Assembly: GCA_963662405.2 (NCBI GenBank)
Contig: CAXXKT010000001.1
Span: forward strand, 1,952,001 to 2,016,000
Length of the DNA: 64,000 bases
Direction: 5' to 3'
Origin: Syntrophales bacterium
GTDB taxonomy: Bacteria > Desulfobacterota > Syntrophia > Syntrophales > UBA2210
Shown: positions 47,559 to 58,542 of the stretch, piece after piece
Position numbering within the stretch: the first letter of the stretch is position 1
Layout of the letters: every line of letters starts with the position of its first letter
Made by a program: the position numbers and the translations under genes
Notes under the pieces: generated by a model
Told to the model about the DNA's origin: nothing
The model's input: the letters and a program-made list of their open reading frames with translations, nothing else
The model's database searches: none

Positions 47559-50234
47559 ATGATGAAAAGGCCTGTTTCTTGTGTAGCATTGCTCCTCTTT
47601 TTCGCTGTTCTGTCATTCGGGACTCTTCCGGCTTTAGCGGGCAGTATAATTATCCATAACGGAGCCACCCTGACCCCGAACGGATCAACGATCGATCTCA
47701 ACTGTCAGGACCTCACCGTAGAAGATGGCGGGACATTTAACCTGAACAGTGGTGCGGTTTCGGAATGTGGGAACCTGATTGTCGAGAGCGGCGGGTTTTT
47801 GATCCAGGGTTCGGGGACGATATCTTATTGCACCCCCACCGTCACAACCGAGGCGGTGACTGGCATCGGGACAACCACGGCGACCGGGAACGGAACGATC
47901 ACGGACCTCGGTGTATCAAATCCCACGGCACATGGTGTCTGCTGGAACACGACCGGTGCCCCCACGCTGGCGGACGACAGCACGGACGAAGGGGCGGCGG
48001 GGACCACCGGTACGTTTACATCCGCAATGACGGGGCTTTCGCCAAATACCACCTATTATGTCCGGGCCTATGCTGCCAATACGGAGGGGACGGCCTACGG
48101 TAATGAGGTGTCCTTTTCTACAGCGGCAGCCGCGGTTGCACCGACGGCCACCACCCGGGCGGCCAGCGGGGTCGACGACACGACGGCCACGCTGAACGGT
48201 ACCGTCAATGCCAACGGTGCCAGCACGACCGTCGCATTCGAGTATGGCACCGATACGAGCTACGGGACCACCGTCACGGCCGACCAGAGCCCGGTCGACG
48301 GTTTCACCGATAGGGCCGCCAGTAAGATCATCACCGGGTTGACCACCGGGACCACCTACCACTATCGTGTCGTGGCAACCAATGTCAACGGCACCACCAA
48401 TGGCGCTGACATGACCTTTACTCCCGGAGCCACGCCTCCGATGGCCACCACCCAGGCGACCACGGCAGTCGGGACCCAGGCGGCCACGCTGAACGGTATC
48501 GTCAATGCCAACAATGACAGCACAACCGTCACCTTCGAGTATGGAGAGACAGCCGCGTACGGCAGTTCGGCAGATGCCGATCAAAGCCCGGTTTCCGGCA
48601 CGACCGATACGATCGTCAGCGCGACCATCACCGGTTTGACCGAAGGTGTTACCTATCACTACCGCGTCGTGGCGACCAATGCATCCGGCACCACCACCGG
48701 CGCCGATATGACCTTTACGACCGGTGTTACCCCTCCGACGGCCATCTCCCAGGCGGCCACGGCGGTGGGTACCACGACGGTCACGCTGAACGGTACCGTC
48801 AATGCCAATGGAACCAGTACGACCGTTACCTTCCAGTACGGAGAGACGACCGCGTACGGGGCCACGGCGAATGCGGTTCAAAGCCCGGTTTCCGGCACAA
48901 CCGACACGGCTGTCAGTGCGGCGATCTGCGGTCTTACCGCCGGTACCACGTATCACTATCGTGTCGTGGCCCAAAATGGCGGTGGCGCGACTTACGGCAC
49001 TGACCTGACCTTTACGACGGGAACCATGCCCCCGACGGTCACCACCCAGGCGGCCACGGCAGTGGGCACCACGACGGCCACGTTGAACGGCATCGTCAAT
49101 GCCAACGGTGCCAGTACGGTTGTTTCTTTTCAGTGTGGGACAACTGTTGAGTACGGGAGGACAATCACGGCAAGCCAGAGCCCGGTCACCGGGTCCAGTA
49201 ATACTGCCGTCAGCGCCGCTATGGATACACTCACTCCAAACACCCTCTACCACTATCGGGTATGCGCCGTGAATGGAACGGGAACCACATACGGTGCGGA
49301 TATGACCTTTACGACCAATCCGCTCGGGGCTCCCACGGTCACAACCACCACGGTGAGCGATATAACGATGACGACGGCGACAAGCGGAGGAACCGTCACC
49401 GAGGAAGGAAACGCTCCGGTGACGGCGCGGGGAGTCTGCTGGGGTACCTCGTCAGGTCCGACCATCGATGACTCCATCACCTCGAACGGCACGGGCACCG
49501 GTGCATTTACCAGCGACCTCGCCGGCCTGAGCCCGCTCACGACCTATTACGTCAGGGCGTACGCGACCAATACCATCGGGACTTCTTACGGGGATGCAAT
49601 GCAGTTCCCGACCGATGACGACGGCACGGGGGTGGAACCCGAAACCCAGGCTGCCGGGCCGAACGGCGGGGACGGGAACGGAGATGGGATGCAGGACAAC
49701 CTGCAGAGAACGGTCGCCTCGCTCCCCTCGGCAACCGGCACCGGATATCTGACTGTTGAGATATCCGGTTGTGACCAGATCGAACAGGTGAGGGCGGTCA
49801 CGTACGATTCAGTGGGATTAATCGATCCCGGATACGCTTATCCCTTCGGCCTGCTGAAATTTGAGATTCCCTGTTCACCGGTGACGGTCAGAATTTACTA
49901 CCACAGTGCCGAGACCCTTGAGGGGTACCGCTACCGGAAATTCGGACCCACTCCGAATAACTGGAGCAGGTCGATCTGGTATACCCTGCCGGAGGTGACC
50001 TTCGGCACGGCACTGATCGGAGGGCAGACTGTGTGCTATGCAGAGTTCATCCTGACGGCAGGTCAGCTGGGAGACGATACCGACGGCCTTTCGATCATCG
50101 ATCAGGGCGGCCCGGGATTATTTGACCCCTACGCAGTCCCCGTTTTCTCAGCATGGGGTATGATGCTGTTCACCCTGCTGGTTGCGGGAGCGGCGATTGT
50201 ATGCGTGAGAAGAAAAAGCCATATGACGGTATAA
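47559..50234 (+). CDS. Thr-rich surface protein with six FN3-like repeats, choice-of-anchor U-like domain and IPTL-CTERM-like tail
   Basis: Signal peptide; ~99-aa repeats (ATLNG.VNAN...TYHYRVVA.N); DGNGDG; AVPVFSAWGMMLF...VRRK. Confidence 0.85.
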   Translation: MMKRPVSCVALLLFFAVLSFGTLPALAGSIIIHNGATLTPNGSTIDLNCQDLTVEDGGTFNLNSGAVSECGNLIVESGGFLIQGSGTISYCTPTVTTEAVTGIGTTTATGNGTITDLGVSNPTAHGVCWNTTGAPTLADDSTDEGAAGTTGTFTSAMTGLSPNTTYYVRAYAANTEGTAYGNEVSFSTAAAAVAPTATTRAASGVDDTTATLNGTVNANGASTTVAFEYGTDTSYGTTVTADQSPVDGFTDRAASKIITGLTTGTTYHYRVVATNVNGTTNGADMTFTPGATPPMATTQATTAVGTQAATLNGIVNANNDSTTVTFEYGETAAYGSSADADQSPVSGTTDTIVSATITGLTEGVTYHYRVVATNASGTTTGADMTFTTGVTPPTAISQAATAVGTTTVTLNGTVNANGTSTTVTFQYGETTAYGATANAVQSPVSGTTDTAVSAAICGLTAGTTYHYRVVAQNGGGATYGTDLTFTTGTMPPTVTTQAATAVGTTTATLNGIVNANGASTVVSFQCGTTVEYGRTITASQSPVTGSSNTAVSAAMDTLTPNTLYHYRVCAVNGTGTTYGADMTFTTNPLGAPTVTTTTVSDITMTTATSGGTVTEEGNAPVTARGVCWGTSSGPTIDDSITSNGTGTGAFTSDLAGLSPLTTYYVRAYATNTIGTSYGDAMQFPTDDDGTGVEPETQAAGPNGGDGNGDGMQDNLQRTVASLPSATGTGYLTVEISGCDQIEQVRAVTYDSVGLIDPGYAYPFGLLKFEIPCSPVTVRIYYHSAETLEGYRYRKFGPTPNNWSRSIWYTLPEVTFGTALIGGQTVCYAEFILTAGQLGDDTDGLSIIDQGGPGLFDPYAVPVFSAWGMMLFTLLVAGAAIVCVRRKSHMTV

Positions 50235-50475
50235 CAATCATGCGGCGGACCGTTGGTCGCGAGAAAAGGTCAGGGCCTTTTACATCTTTGACCTTTCGTT
50301 TCAATCGAACGGCAGGATGCACGAGATCATTCGTTGCAGGGACAGTGAAACCTCTTGAGAAGAAATATGCAAAGAATCGGCCCGGCAGGATGTTGTCAAT
50401 AAAAGGAAATAAAACGTAATAAATGCTGTAAGGCGTAGCTTTCTTGTGATTATCTGATCTTCAATTCTGACGGTT

Positions 50476-51513
50476 TTAGAATGTGTGGATTGCCGTTGAT
50501 TTAAAAGAAAAGAATGTCTCCGATCCCTCGCCGACCTCGAGGTCAAAGAGGGAGCTTTTGGTGATCAGCGATTTGAAGGTAACGTTTTCAATGCTCACAC
50601 TCACTTCGTAGTAGAGCCCCTGATCCGTCACCTCCGTGACATGTCCCTTGAAAGAATTTCTCATGCTGGAGACCAGCTTTCTCTTGCTGAGGACGACATC
50701 TTCGGGACGTATGGCGATATAGCCGTGCCCGTTTTCAGGTGTTCTCCCCAGCTCGATCTCCAGTCCGTTTATGACGGCCTTGGTATCATGGAAACGGGCC
50801 GTAAACAGGTTTTTCATCCCGACAAAATCAGCGACAAACGTGGATCCCGGTCTCTGGAAGATCTCTTTCATCCCTCCGACCTGCTTGATCCTTCCTCCGT
50901 CCATGACGGCAGCCCGGTCCGCGAGGGAGAGGGCCTCTGAGAAGTCGTGGGTCACCATGAGGAAGGTGGCATCCGTGTTTTCGTGGAGTCGTTTGAGTCC
51001 CTTTCGCAGATCCTCTCGGAATACCGGGTCCAGGGCGGAGAGGGGCTCGTCGAGGAGAAGCACCTGCGGGTTTACGATCAATGCCCGCGCCAGGGAGACG
51101 CGCTGGTTTTCCCCGCCGCTCAGGTTTGTGGGGAGACGCTGCAGGAGGTGGGCAAGGTTCAACTCTTCCACCAAGCGATCAAAGCGTTGTGTTGCCTCTG
51201 CCTTGGAGGTCTTATGGAAGTGGAGACCATAGGTGATATTGTCCTGCACCGTCAGGTGGGGAAAGAGCGAATAGTCCTGATAGACGATGGATATCCCCCT
51301 CTTTTCCGGTGGAAGTCCGGTGATGTTTCGGCCGTCGACGATGATGTGCCCGCTTTTGACCCGGATCAGCCCCGCGATCGCCTCGAGGAGCACCGTCTTC
51401 CCCGCCCCCGTGGGACCCATCAGTATGAAGAACTCGTTCTTCTCGATCGAGAGGTTGATTTCTCGGAGGTCGAATTCCCCCAGGTGGATGTCGACGTTAT
51501 CGATGTTGATCAT
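50476..51513 (-). CDS. wtpC: Tungstate/molybdate ABC ATPase with TOBE domain
   Basis: GPTGAGKT, LSGGENQR, DEPLSALD, C-terminal TOBE. Confidence 0.88.
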   Translation of the reverse strand: MINIDNVDIHLGEFDLREINLSIEKNEFFILMGPTGAGKTVLLEAIAGLIRVKSGHIIVDGRNITGLPPEKRGISIVYQDYSLFPHLTVQDNITYGLHFHKTSKAEATQRFDRLVEELNLAHLLQRLPTNLSGGENQRVSLARALIVNPQVLLLDEPLSALDPVFREDLRKGLKRLHENTDATFLMVTHDFSEALSLADRAAVMDGGRIKQVGGMKEIFQRPGSTFVADFVGMKNLFTARFHDTKAVINGLEIELGRTPENGHGYIAIRPEDVVLSKRKLVSSMRNSFKGHVTEVTDQGLYYEVSVSIENVTFKSLITKSSLFDLEVGEGSETFFSFKSTAIHTF

Positions 51514-52295
51514 GATCGCTCGGTGCTCCTGAGGGTGAGGATCCGCAAGACCAGAAAGAGAATCAGACAGATAGATACGAGCCACACCGCCACCGGTTGA
51601 GAATATTTAAGCCCGTAGCTTTCAAACCGTTCATACAACAGGACCGGCGCGATCATGGGGTGATACGCGACAATAACGACCGCCCCGAACTCGCTGATCG
51701 CGCGGGCGCTGCACATGATGATGCCGATCAGCATGCTGCGCCAGGCGAGGGGAAAGGTGATCCGGGTAAAGGTGCTGAACATGGAGGCCCCGAGGCTCCG
51801 TGATACGTTTTCGAGCCGGGGCGGGATGTTTTCAAATCCGTTCTTGACCGCGTTGACGTAGAAGGGAAGCCCCACAAAGGTGAGGACCACGACGATCCCC
51901 GTCACACTCCCCATGATCCTGATGCCGAGTTCGTTGAAAAACTGTCCGAGCCAATGTCCCCTCCCCGCGACGCTGAGGATCGCGATCCCCACGACCGGGT
52001 GGGGAATGACGATCGGGAGGTCGATGATGCTCTCTATCAGGTGTTTCCCTTTGAAATCGCTTCTCGCGAGGATATAGGCGAGTGGGGTGCCGAAAAGGAA
52101 GGCGATGACCGCGGCCAATCCGGCTGTGTAGATGCTCAGCCAGATCGACCGCACGACATCTTTGTCTTGAATGGTTTCCTTGAGCATGGATAGAGAAGGG
52201 GCCGTCAGCATCTGAATCAGCGGAAGGAGGATGAAGGCCATGATAACCAGCCCGCACGACACGGTGATCCAGAAAAACGGTTCCTTCTTTATCAT
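51510..52295 (-). CDS. wtpB: Tungstate/molybdate ABC permease
   Basis: DLPIVIPHPVVGIAIL, ARAISEFGAV.IVAYHP. Confidence 0.88.
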   Translation of the reverse strand: MIKKEPFFWITVSCGLVIMAFILLPLIQMLTAPSLSMLKETIQDKDVVRSIWLSIYTAGLAAVIAFLFGTPLAYILARSDFKGKHLIESIIDLPIVIPHPVVGIAILSVAGRGHWLGQFFNELGIRIMGSVTGIVVVLTFVGLPFYVNAVKNGFENIPPRLENVSRSLGASMFSTFTRITFPLAWRSMLIGIIMCSARAISEFGAVVIVAYHPMIAPVLLYERFESYGLKYSQPVAVWLVSICLILFLVLRILTLRSTERS

Positions 52296-52310
52296 TGTTT
52301 TTTCTGTTTC

Positions 52311-53297
52311 CTAGTTCTTGACGGTGACGAGGCCCTGAAGCTCTGAGGGGAGCTTCGCCTTCATCGCCTCAGAGGAAACCCTGCAGGGGACAAACGGAGG
52401 CTGCCCCATCTCCTCCAATATCTTAAGACCTCCTTCAGGGTCAAGCATATACGCGAGGAAGGCAACAGCGGCTTCCCGGTTGGGGGCGTTTTCGATGAGC
52501 GTGACGCCGTACGTACAGGATTTTCCTTTCATCTCCATATAGGTCCCCGGTTTTTTCCCCGTGACCTTTACCACCGCCTTTTCGTAAATCGGATCATATT
52601 TGTAATTCCCCAGGTTCATTTCGTCGGGAAGAACGATATATCTCAGCTTATGCTGGACCGCTACGGAAAGGTATTCCCAGGCATAGTCCATATTGCCGGT
52701 CTGGAGGAGAGAAATGAGTTCAACGGATTTGGGCCGGATATTTTCCTGGGGCCTGTTGGCCAGCAATTTATCGTAGAGACCCGGTTTCCCGAGTGCCTTT
52801 TCGGCGAGCTGCATCACCATCAGCGACCGGTAGCCGCAGGGATCGAGGTTCGGGTCGGAGTGGCCCCAGACAACGCCCTTTCTCTGGAGGATTTCGTACC
52901 AGTTGGAGGCGTTGATCTCACCGGCGAACCTGCTTTTGTCCGTGTAGCAGAGGACCAACTGGTTCGTTGCAAAACGGATGTTCAGGACGGAATACTGGGG
53001 GATCAGCAGTTTGTCGATCACCTTGTAGTCGGCCGAAGCCATGATATCGCACGGTTTTTTGAGATCCGATATCTTCCGCGCGGCCTTCTGGCTCCCGCTT
53101 GCCTCGCGCTGGAGATCGACTTTCGGGTACTTTGCCTCAAAGGCCTTTTCCATGGCGGCGAAGGGGACGGTGAGGCTCCCGGCGTGGAACATGGTGAGTT
53201 TTCCCTCAGGTTCGGCAAAACCGGTTGCCGGAGCAATGAAAAAAAAGATTCCGGTCAGTAAAAACCCCAACCACCTCCATCTGTTAATGGTCCTCAT
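52311..53297 (-). CDS. wtpA: Tungstate-binding periplasmic protein WtpA
   Basis: [41 protein letters not shown]. Confidence 0.92.
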   Translation of the reverse strand: MRTINRWRWLGFLLTGIFFFIAPATGFAEPEGKLTMFHAGSLTVPFAAMEKAFEAKYPKVDLQREASGSQKAARKISDLKKPCDIMASADYKVIDKLLIPQYSVLNIRFATNQLVLCYTDKSRFAGEINASNWYEILQRKGVVWGHSDPNLDPCGYRSLMVMQLAEKALGKPGLYDKLLANRPQENIRPKSVELISLLQTGNMDYAWEYLSVAVQHKLRYIVLPDEMNLGNYKYDPIYEKAVVKVTGKKPGTYMEMKGKSCTYGVTLIENAPNREAAVAFLAYMLDPEGGLKILEEMGQPPFVPCRVSSEAMKAKLPSELQGLVTVKN

Positions 53298-53384
53298 GCG
53301 CTGTCTCCTTTCGCGATAAAAGATAAAAAATGTAACCCTCCAAATCGATCGTTTTTCCTACCTCACCCGAATTACAAAGTCAAT

Positions 53385-53500
53385 ATCAATATAAATGGTA
53401 ATTATTGATTCAAATTAGTAATTATTAATAATGATGAGTATATCTGAGTATGTTACGGTTATTATTAGTTCTAAATAGTAAGTTTTTATCTTGACAAAGG
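53385..53500. promoter_or_regulatory. AT-rich divergent control region with phased repeats
   Basis: gtaattatt at 53398 and 53418, gttattatt at 53458; TTGACA at 53491. Confidence 0.5.
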
Positions 53501-53569
53501 TTTTTGATGTGATAGGGCATACTCGCGTTTGAAGTAATACGTAATTTCTAAGGATTGGAGGAGCGTGTT

Positions 53570-55615
53570 GTGAAGATAAGATACGTGGTTCTGTCGATAC
53601 TTGTAGGCATTCTTTTTCTCTATGGATCTCAGTGTTGGGCTGATTATGAGGTATACACGCTTGGTGAGGTGGTGGTCAGTGATGAAACCCCGGCGGTTGA
53701 GGAAACTGCTCAAGTAACCGTTATCACAGCTGAAGACGTTAGGGCGACAAACAGCCACTCGGTCGCGGATGTCCTGAAATCTGCGCCGGGGCTGTACGTG
53801 ACCACGGGGAGGAAGGCCGAGACGAATGTCTCGATTCATGGGTTTAATCAGGATAAGGCGTTGGTCCTTATCGACGGTATCCCCTACTACGAGACATATT
53901 ACGGCAAGCTGGATCTCAATAAGATCCCGGCTGATATTATCGCCAAGGTTGTCGTCACAAAGGGGGCCGCATCAGTGCTGTACGGTGCCAATGCGGAAGC
54001 GGGTGTCATTAATATCGTGACCAAAAAGGCGGGCAAAGAAGCTTCGTCCTCTGTGAACGTTGAGATTGGTGATAACCACTATCAGAAGGCGTCCGGGTTT
54101 TTCGGCGATACGAGCGGCATATTCAATTACTCGGTCAATATCCAACGAGAGGAAAGTGATGGATGGAATATGTCCGACGATTTTGACCCGGTTGTCGGAT
54201 CGTACGGGAAAAAGAAAAAGATGGTGGAGGAGGTCCTCGAAGACGGAGGCTTCCGCAATAATTCCGATTATGAGAGTACGAATCTGTGGGCGCGATTCGG
54301 TATAGAGCCGAATCCGGATTCGGAACTGTATGTCAGTTTCCGTGTTGCCGAGGGGGAGAAGGGATTCCCTCTGAACATCTACGAGAATCCGACCCATTTT
54401 ACGGACAGACCCGCCTTTTCATATCTTGCCCGATCGGAGTACCGGGACACCGGTGTTGATCTGAGCGGACGGCATGCAATCAATGACTTCGTGACGTTGA
54501 AGGCGAAGATCTTCTATCATGAGCATGAAGATGACTATATATCATACGAAGATACGACCTATGACTCCAAGATGGCGGTCAGCACCTTTGATGACAAATG
54601 TTACGGGTTAAGCCTGTTCACCGACTACAAGCCGGTTGAGTGGGATACGCTCAAGGCATCCATTCATTACAAGGTCGATTCTCACAAGAGCCGGGACGAC
54701 GATTATCTCCCCTTTGACGAAGCAAAGGCGAATACCGGGTCGGTCGGTATCGAGAACGAGTGGAATGCCGTAGAAAATCTCTCGGTAGTGGCAGGCATAA
54801 GTTACGATTGGTTCGATGTGACCAAGGCTCAGTCAAGTGAGACCGACGACAACGGTGATTTTCTCAGCCAGGAAGATCTGACTGAGCCCGGCGTCAAGGA
54901 TTGTGTCAATCCCATGATCGGTGTGGTCTATTTCTTCCGGGACACAACAAAATTCTACGCATCGGTGGCTCAGAAAACACGGTTCCCCGTACTCCATGAA
55001 CTGTACTCCAGTAAATCGGGTAACCCCGATCTTGATGAGGAAAAAAGTATCAACTATACGATCGGCGTCTCACGTCCATTCTTCGATATGGTCACCATGG
55101 AGCTCGCTTTCTTTCACCACGATATCAGTGATCGGATCGGGCGTCCCAACCGCGATTACGATTATATGAATTATGATGAGATCGCCATGACCGGTTTCGA
55201 AATCATATCGGAGGCATATGTTGCCGAGGACCTTACGTTAAAAGCGGCATATATGTACAATGACGCCCGCGATAAGAGTAGGAACCGCGTTACTGACAAG
55301 GTGACGGATGTGCCCGAACATAAGATAGATCTGAGCGCTGAGTATGTTATCCCCTCCGTCAGGACAAAACTGAATGTGACCGGTTCATACATGGCCACGA
55401 TCTATTCGGAACTTCCTACGACAAGCAATCCGGACGATCCTGAACGTGAAGCGGACAATTATTGGCTTTTTAATATGAGGATCACGCAACCATTGACGGA
55501 GCACCTGGAGGTCTATGTCGCGGCCAATAATATATTCGATAACGATTATGAAGAAGAATGGGGATGGCCGGGACACGGGAGAGAAGTATGGGCCGGTCTG
55601 AGCGCTCGATTCTGA
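53570..55615 (+). CDS. TonB-dependent outer-membrane receptor
   Basis: Signal peptide, TonB box LGEVVVS, plug LVLIDG...KGAASVLYG...GVINIVTKK, terminal F. Confidence 0.95.
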   Translation: MKIRYVVLSILVGILFLYGSQCWADYEVYTLGEVVVSDETPAVEETAQVTVITAEDVRATNSHSVADVLKSAPGLYVTTGRKAETNVSIHGFNQDKALVLIDGIPYYETYYGKLDLNKIPADIIAKVVVTKGAASVLYGANAEAGVINIVTKKAGKEASSSVNVEIGDNHYQKASGFFGDTSGIFNYSVNIQREESDGWNMSDDFDPVVGSYGKKKKMVEEVLEDGGFRNNSDYESTNLWARFGIEPNPDSELYVSFRVAEGEKGFPLNIYENPTHFTDRPAFSYLARSEYRDTGVDLSGRHAINDFVTLKAKIFYHEHEDDYISYEDTTYDSKMAVSTFDDKCYGLSLFTDYKPVEWDTLKASIHYKVDSHKSRDDDYLPFDEAKANTGSVGIENEWNAVENLSVVAGISYDWFDVTKAQSSETDDNGDFLSQEDLTEPGVKDCVNPMIGVVYFFRDTTKFYASVAQKTRFPVLHELYSSKSGNPDLDEEKSINYTIGVSRPFFDMVTMELAFFHHDISDRIGRPNRDYDYMNYDEIAMTGFEIISEAYVAEDLTLKAAYMYNDARDKSRNRVTDKVTDVPEHKIDLSAEYVIPSVRTKLNVTGSYMATIYSELPTTSNPDDPEREADNYWLFNMRITQPLTEHLEVYVAANNIFDNDYEEEWGWPGHGREVWAGLSARF

Positions 55616-55732
55616 TAGGGTACGAGTTGATATTGTCCCGGAGGCGAGGGTGAGTAATGGGAGAGGGTCTGATGGACGGGGATGAAACCGGCCACAGACC
55701 CTCCATACCGTACGCAAGGTTAGTCCGGTAAC

Positions 55733-56437
55733 ATGAAATTTTGGCAATGTGTGGTTGCAGCCCTCTTGTTGCACATGGCGATTCTGATGATCCCGATAAC
55801 GGTGACGGACATAACTCGTGTGGGAGAATTCCGGCTGGTGATCTCTGAGACGGTTTCCACTCCGTCCGTATCGGCTGTGGTACCGGCCGTAAGACCACCT
55901 CAGGTGAAGAAACCGAAATCTATCATAAAACCGAAATCCATTGTGAAACCAAAACCAAAACCGAAACCGCCTGCGAACACGCCTGAGATCAAACCGCTCA
56001 AGAGGGACAGCATATCCGAACCTGTGGAAGGCCCATCGCTTCCGGCAGCCCCCGCACCGGAGACCATTGAGGTCGGGAACACCGATCCTGTCGAGGAAGT
56101 TCCTTGTGCCGGGCCGGAGATTTCTCAGACCGCAGAGGAGCGCGAACCGGTGGAGATGTCCTTTGGTACCTCGGGAGGACCGAAATTCCTCAAGCAGGTA
56201 CAACCGGTATATCCCCGGAAGGCAAAAATGTTACGGAAGAGAGGGGTCGTAACCCTCATGCTGACCATAGATAAAGACGGAACCCTGATTGATGTAGAGG
56301 TTGTGAAAGGCGCGGGGTACGGCTTCGATGAAGAAAGCATACGGGCCGTGAAGGAATCAACGTTCATCGGCGCCCGGAAGAACGGCAGGCCAATCGCCTG
56401 TAAGGCCTTACTGCCGGTACGATTTCGATTGAGGTGA
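55733..56437 (+). CDS. tonB: TonB
   Basis: TM anchor, KP repeats, YP..A..G, PVRFRL. Confidence 0.93.
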   Translation: MKFWQCVVAALLLHMAILMIPITVTDITRVGEFRLVISETVSTPSVSAVVPAVRPPQVKKPKSIIKPKSIVKPKPKPKPPANTPEIKPLKRDSISEPVEGPSLPAAPAPETIEVGNTDPVEEVPCAGPEISQTAEEREPVEMSFGTSGGPKFLKQVQPVYPRKAKMLRKRGVVTLMLTIDKDGTLIDVEVVKGAGYGFDEESIRAVKESTFIGARKNGRPIACKALLPVRFRLR

Positions 56438-56985
56438 ATGCGGTGATTGATTTGTTTGTGAAAGGGGGGCCGTTGATGTGGCCCATCGCCCTCTGTTCCG
56501 TTATCATGGTTGCCATCATTATCCACAAGACGGTCCAGTTCACGGTATTACTCCGGCAGCTTTCATGGCCCCGACAACGAATCCGCGAACAGAGACCCCG
56601 CCATATTGCACTCCTGCTGGATGTACTCGCTGCGAAACGGGATGAGGAGGAAATCGTTCTGGCGGGGAGCAGGAATCTGAAGATCCTGGAAAGAGGGGTC
56701 GGGGCCCTTTCGCTTATAGCGGCTATTGCGCCTTTGATGGGGCTCACCGGTACGGTTCTCGGTATGATCGAGAGTTTCAGGATTATGGCTGCCTCCGGCG
56801 GAACTGCCGGTATCGGGCTTCTGGCGAAAGGCATATGGGAGGCGCTCCTGACAACGGCGGCGGGACTCCTTGTCGCCATTCCCGCGGAGATCGGCTACCA
56901 CTATCTGGAACGGCGGCTGGATGAGATATCGATTGCCATGAAGTCTCTCGTGTTACGGTTTAGAGGTGCGGACGATGCAGTTTGA
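56434..56985 (+). CDS. exbB: ExbB/TolQ proton channel
   Basis: APLMGLTGTVLGMI, GIWEALLTTAAGL. Confidence 0.93.
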   Translation: MNAVIDLFVKGGPLMWPIALCSVIMVAIIIHKTVQFTVLLRQLSWPRQRIREQRPRHIALLLDVLAAKRDEEEIVLAGSRNLKILERGVGALSLIAAIAPLMGLTGTVLGMIESFRIMAASGGTAGIGLLAKGIWEALLTTAAGLLVAIPAEIGYHYLERRLDEISIAMKSLVLRFRGADDAV

Positions 56986-57373
56986 GCGAAAAAAGAGGGC
57001 TCCGATCCATACCAATATAGCCCCCCTTGTCGATGTCGTCTTTCTCCTTCTGCTCTTTTTTATGGTGACGTCTCATATCGCGCTGGACCCCTCCATCGAT
57101 ATCAGCCTGCCCCAGTCAAAGACTGCGCAGCATCATGAATCGGATCCTGTGACACTTTCCATATCGAGGGAAGGGGAGATCTTTATCGGTGGAAAACAGA
57201 TTACGATAGAAGAAATCTGCGGTGCCGTCCGAGCACATCTGCAGGGTTCCGATACGAAAACGATCAAAATAAGGACGGACAAAGATATCCCTGTGGGAAC
57301 CCTGATACGGGTGGTGGATGAGGTACGGCTTTCAGGGGCGCATGGGCTGAGCATCCTAACGGAAAGAATATGA
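56975..57373 (+). CDS. exbD: ExbD
   Basis: NIAPLVDVVFLLLLFFMV. Confidence 0.93.
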   Translation: MQFERKKRAPIHTNIAPLVDVVFLLLLFFMVTSHIALDPSIDISLPQSKTAQHHESDPVTLSISREGEIFIGGKQITIEEICGAVRAHLQGSDTKTIKIRTDKDIPVGTLIRVVDEVRLSGAHGLSILTERI

Positions 57374-57399
57374 GAAACGAGATGAATGGGAGGTAGAAG

Positions 57400-58533
57400 A
57401 TGTCGAATAGGTCTGTATATCTGTCTGTGGTCATGAGTGTCCTGCTCGTCATTTCTGTGTTCGGATGTGACCGTTCGGACAGGGCATCGAGGCTGGCGGA
57501 AAAAAACGATACCCACAAGGCTGGGGTCACCAAGAAAAGCGGGGGGATAAATGACCCGGTCATGTCTCGGGGGAAGGCCGGCGTCCATTCGGGATTGCAT
57601 ATTTCCGGCGAGGTTCGGCAGCAACTCACCTTGCAACGAGAGGACCTTGAGCGGTTGCATGCAGCGACCACACGAACGAATGAAGTTTTACGATCGGGTC
57701 ATTATCGCGGCGCGTTTACGTACCGTGGCCCCTCTCTCAGATCGCTCCTTGAATTTGCGGGCATAGATAAAAAGAGCTCCGATTTCAACAAAGACCTTGA
57801 TCTGGTGATCGTGGTGGAAAACGGCGAAGGTGAAGAAATCGCCCTCTCCTGGGGTGAGATCTTTTATCGGAACCCCGGAGATATAATCGTTGCCGTGGAG
57901 GCCGCGCCGATCCGACCGCATCATGAAAGAGACCGCATCCCCCGGGCCTATTGGCCGTGGCTCGATCAACTTGACCGTGAAATCGGTTTCCCCAAGCTTG
58001 TCGTTGCAAATGATTTTTATTCGGATCGCTCCCTCGAAGGGATTCGGCGTATTCAGGTGATCGATCTGCACCCCGCTGTGCAGCGGAAGAAGCAGAAAAT
58101 GCTCTTCTCGCCTTCTTTTTCCATATGCGGTGCCGTGGCCAATCCGGTTACCATATCGGTTCTCCCCGAGAAAAACTATGACACTGTTGTGTTCAAGGAA
58201 GTGGGGGACGGACAGGGATATCACGGGTTAAAAACGTTCGGGGGTGTGCCCCTCGTCGATCTGCTTGAACAGGCAGGGATGAAGGGTGATCTTGACACGG
58301 CCGTTGTCATCTCCGCCCCGGATGGGTACAGAACGACCCTCTCATATGGGGAGCTGTTCCTGTCGAACGGGGGGAAGGATATCCGTATCGGTGACACAAT
58401 GGGAGGTGAATATCTCACCAATAGAGGCAAATTCTTTGTGTTATTGCCGGACGACCTTTCCGCCGACAGGTCCGTCAAGGCCATTCAGGAAATCAGAGTG
58501 GTACCGCTGAGCCGAGAGAATCCCTCTGAGTAG
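57400..58533 (+). CDS. Lipoprotein with two tandem molybdopterin-binding (sulfite-oxidase-fold-like) domains
   Basis: Lipobox VFGC; ISGEV...YRGPSLRSLLEFAG...LSWGEI repeated as ICGAV...FGGVPLVDLLEQAG...APDGY...LSYGEL. Confidence 0.7.
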   Translation: MSNRSVYLSVVMSVLLVISVFGCDRSDRASRLAEKNDTHKAGVTKKSGGINDPVMSRGKAGVHSGLHISGEVRQQLTLQREDLERLHAATTRTNEVLRSGHYRGAFTYRGPSLRSLLEFAGIDKKSSDFNKDLDLVIVVENGEGEEIALSWGEIFYRNPGDIIVAVEAAPIRPHHERDRIPRAYWPWLDQLDREIGFPKLVVANDFYSDRSLEGIRRIQVIDLHPAVQRKKQKMLFSPSFSICGAVANPVTISVLPEKNYDTVVFKEVGDGQGYHGLKTFGGVPLVDLLEQAGMKGDLDTAVVISAPDGYRTTLSYGELFLSNGGKDIRIGDTMGGEYLTNRGKFFVLLPDDLSADRSVKAIQEIRVVPLSRENPSE

Positions 58534-58542
58534 ACGAGATCC

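Noticed and set aside
47916..49253. 445-aa minus-strand ORF
   Set aside because: Antisense shadow of the repeat surface protein
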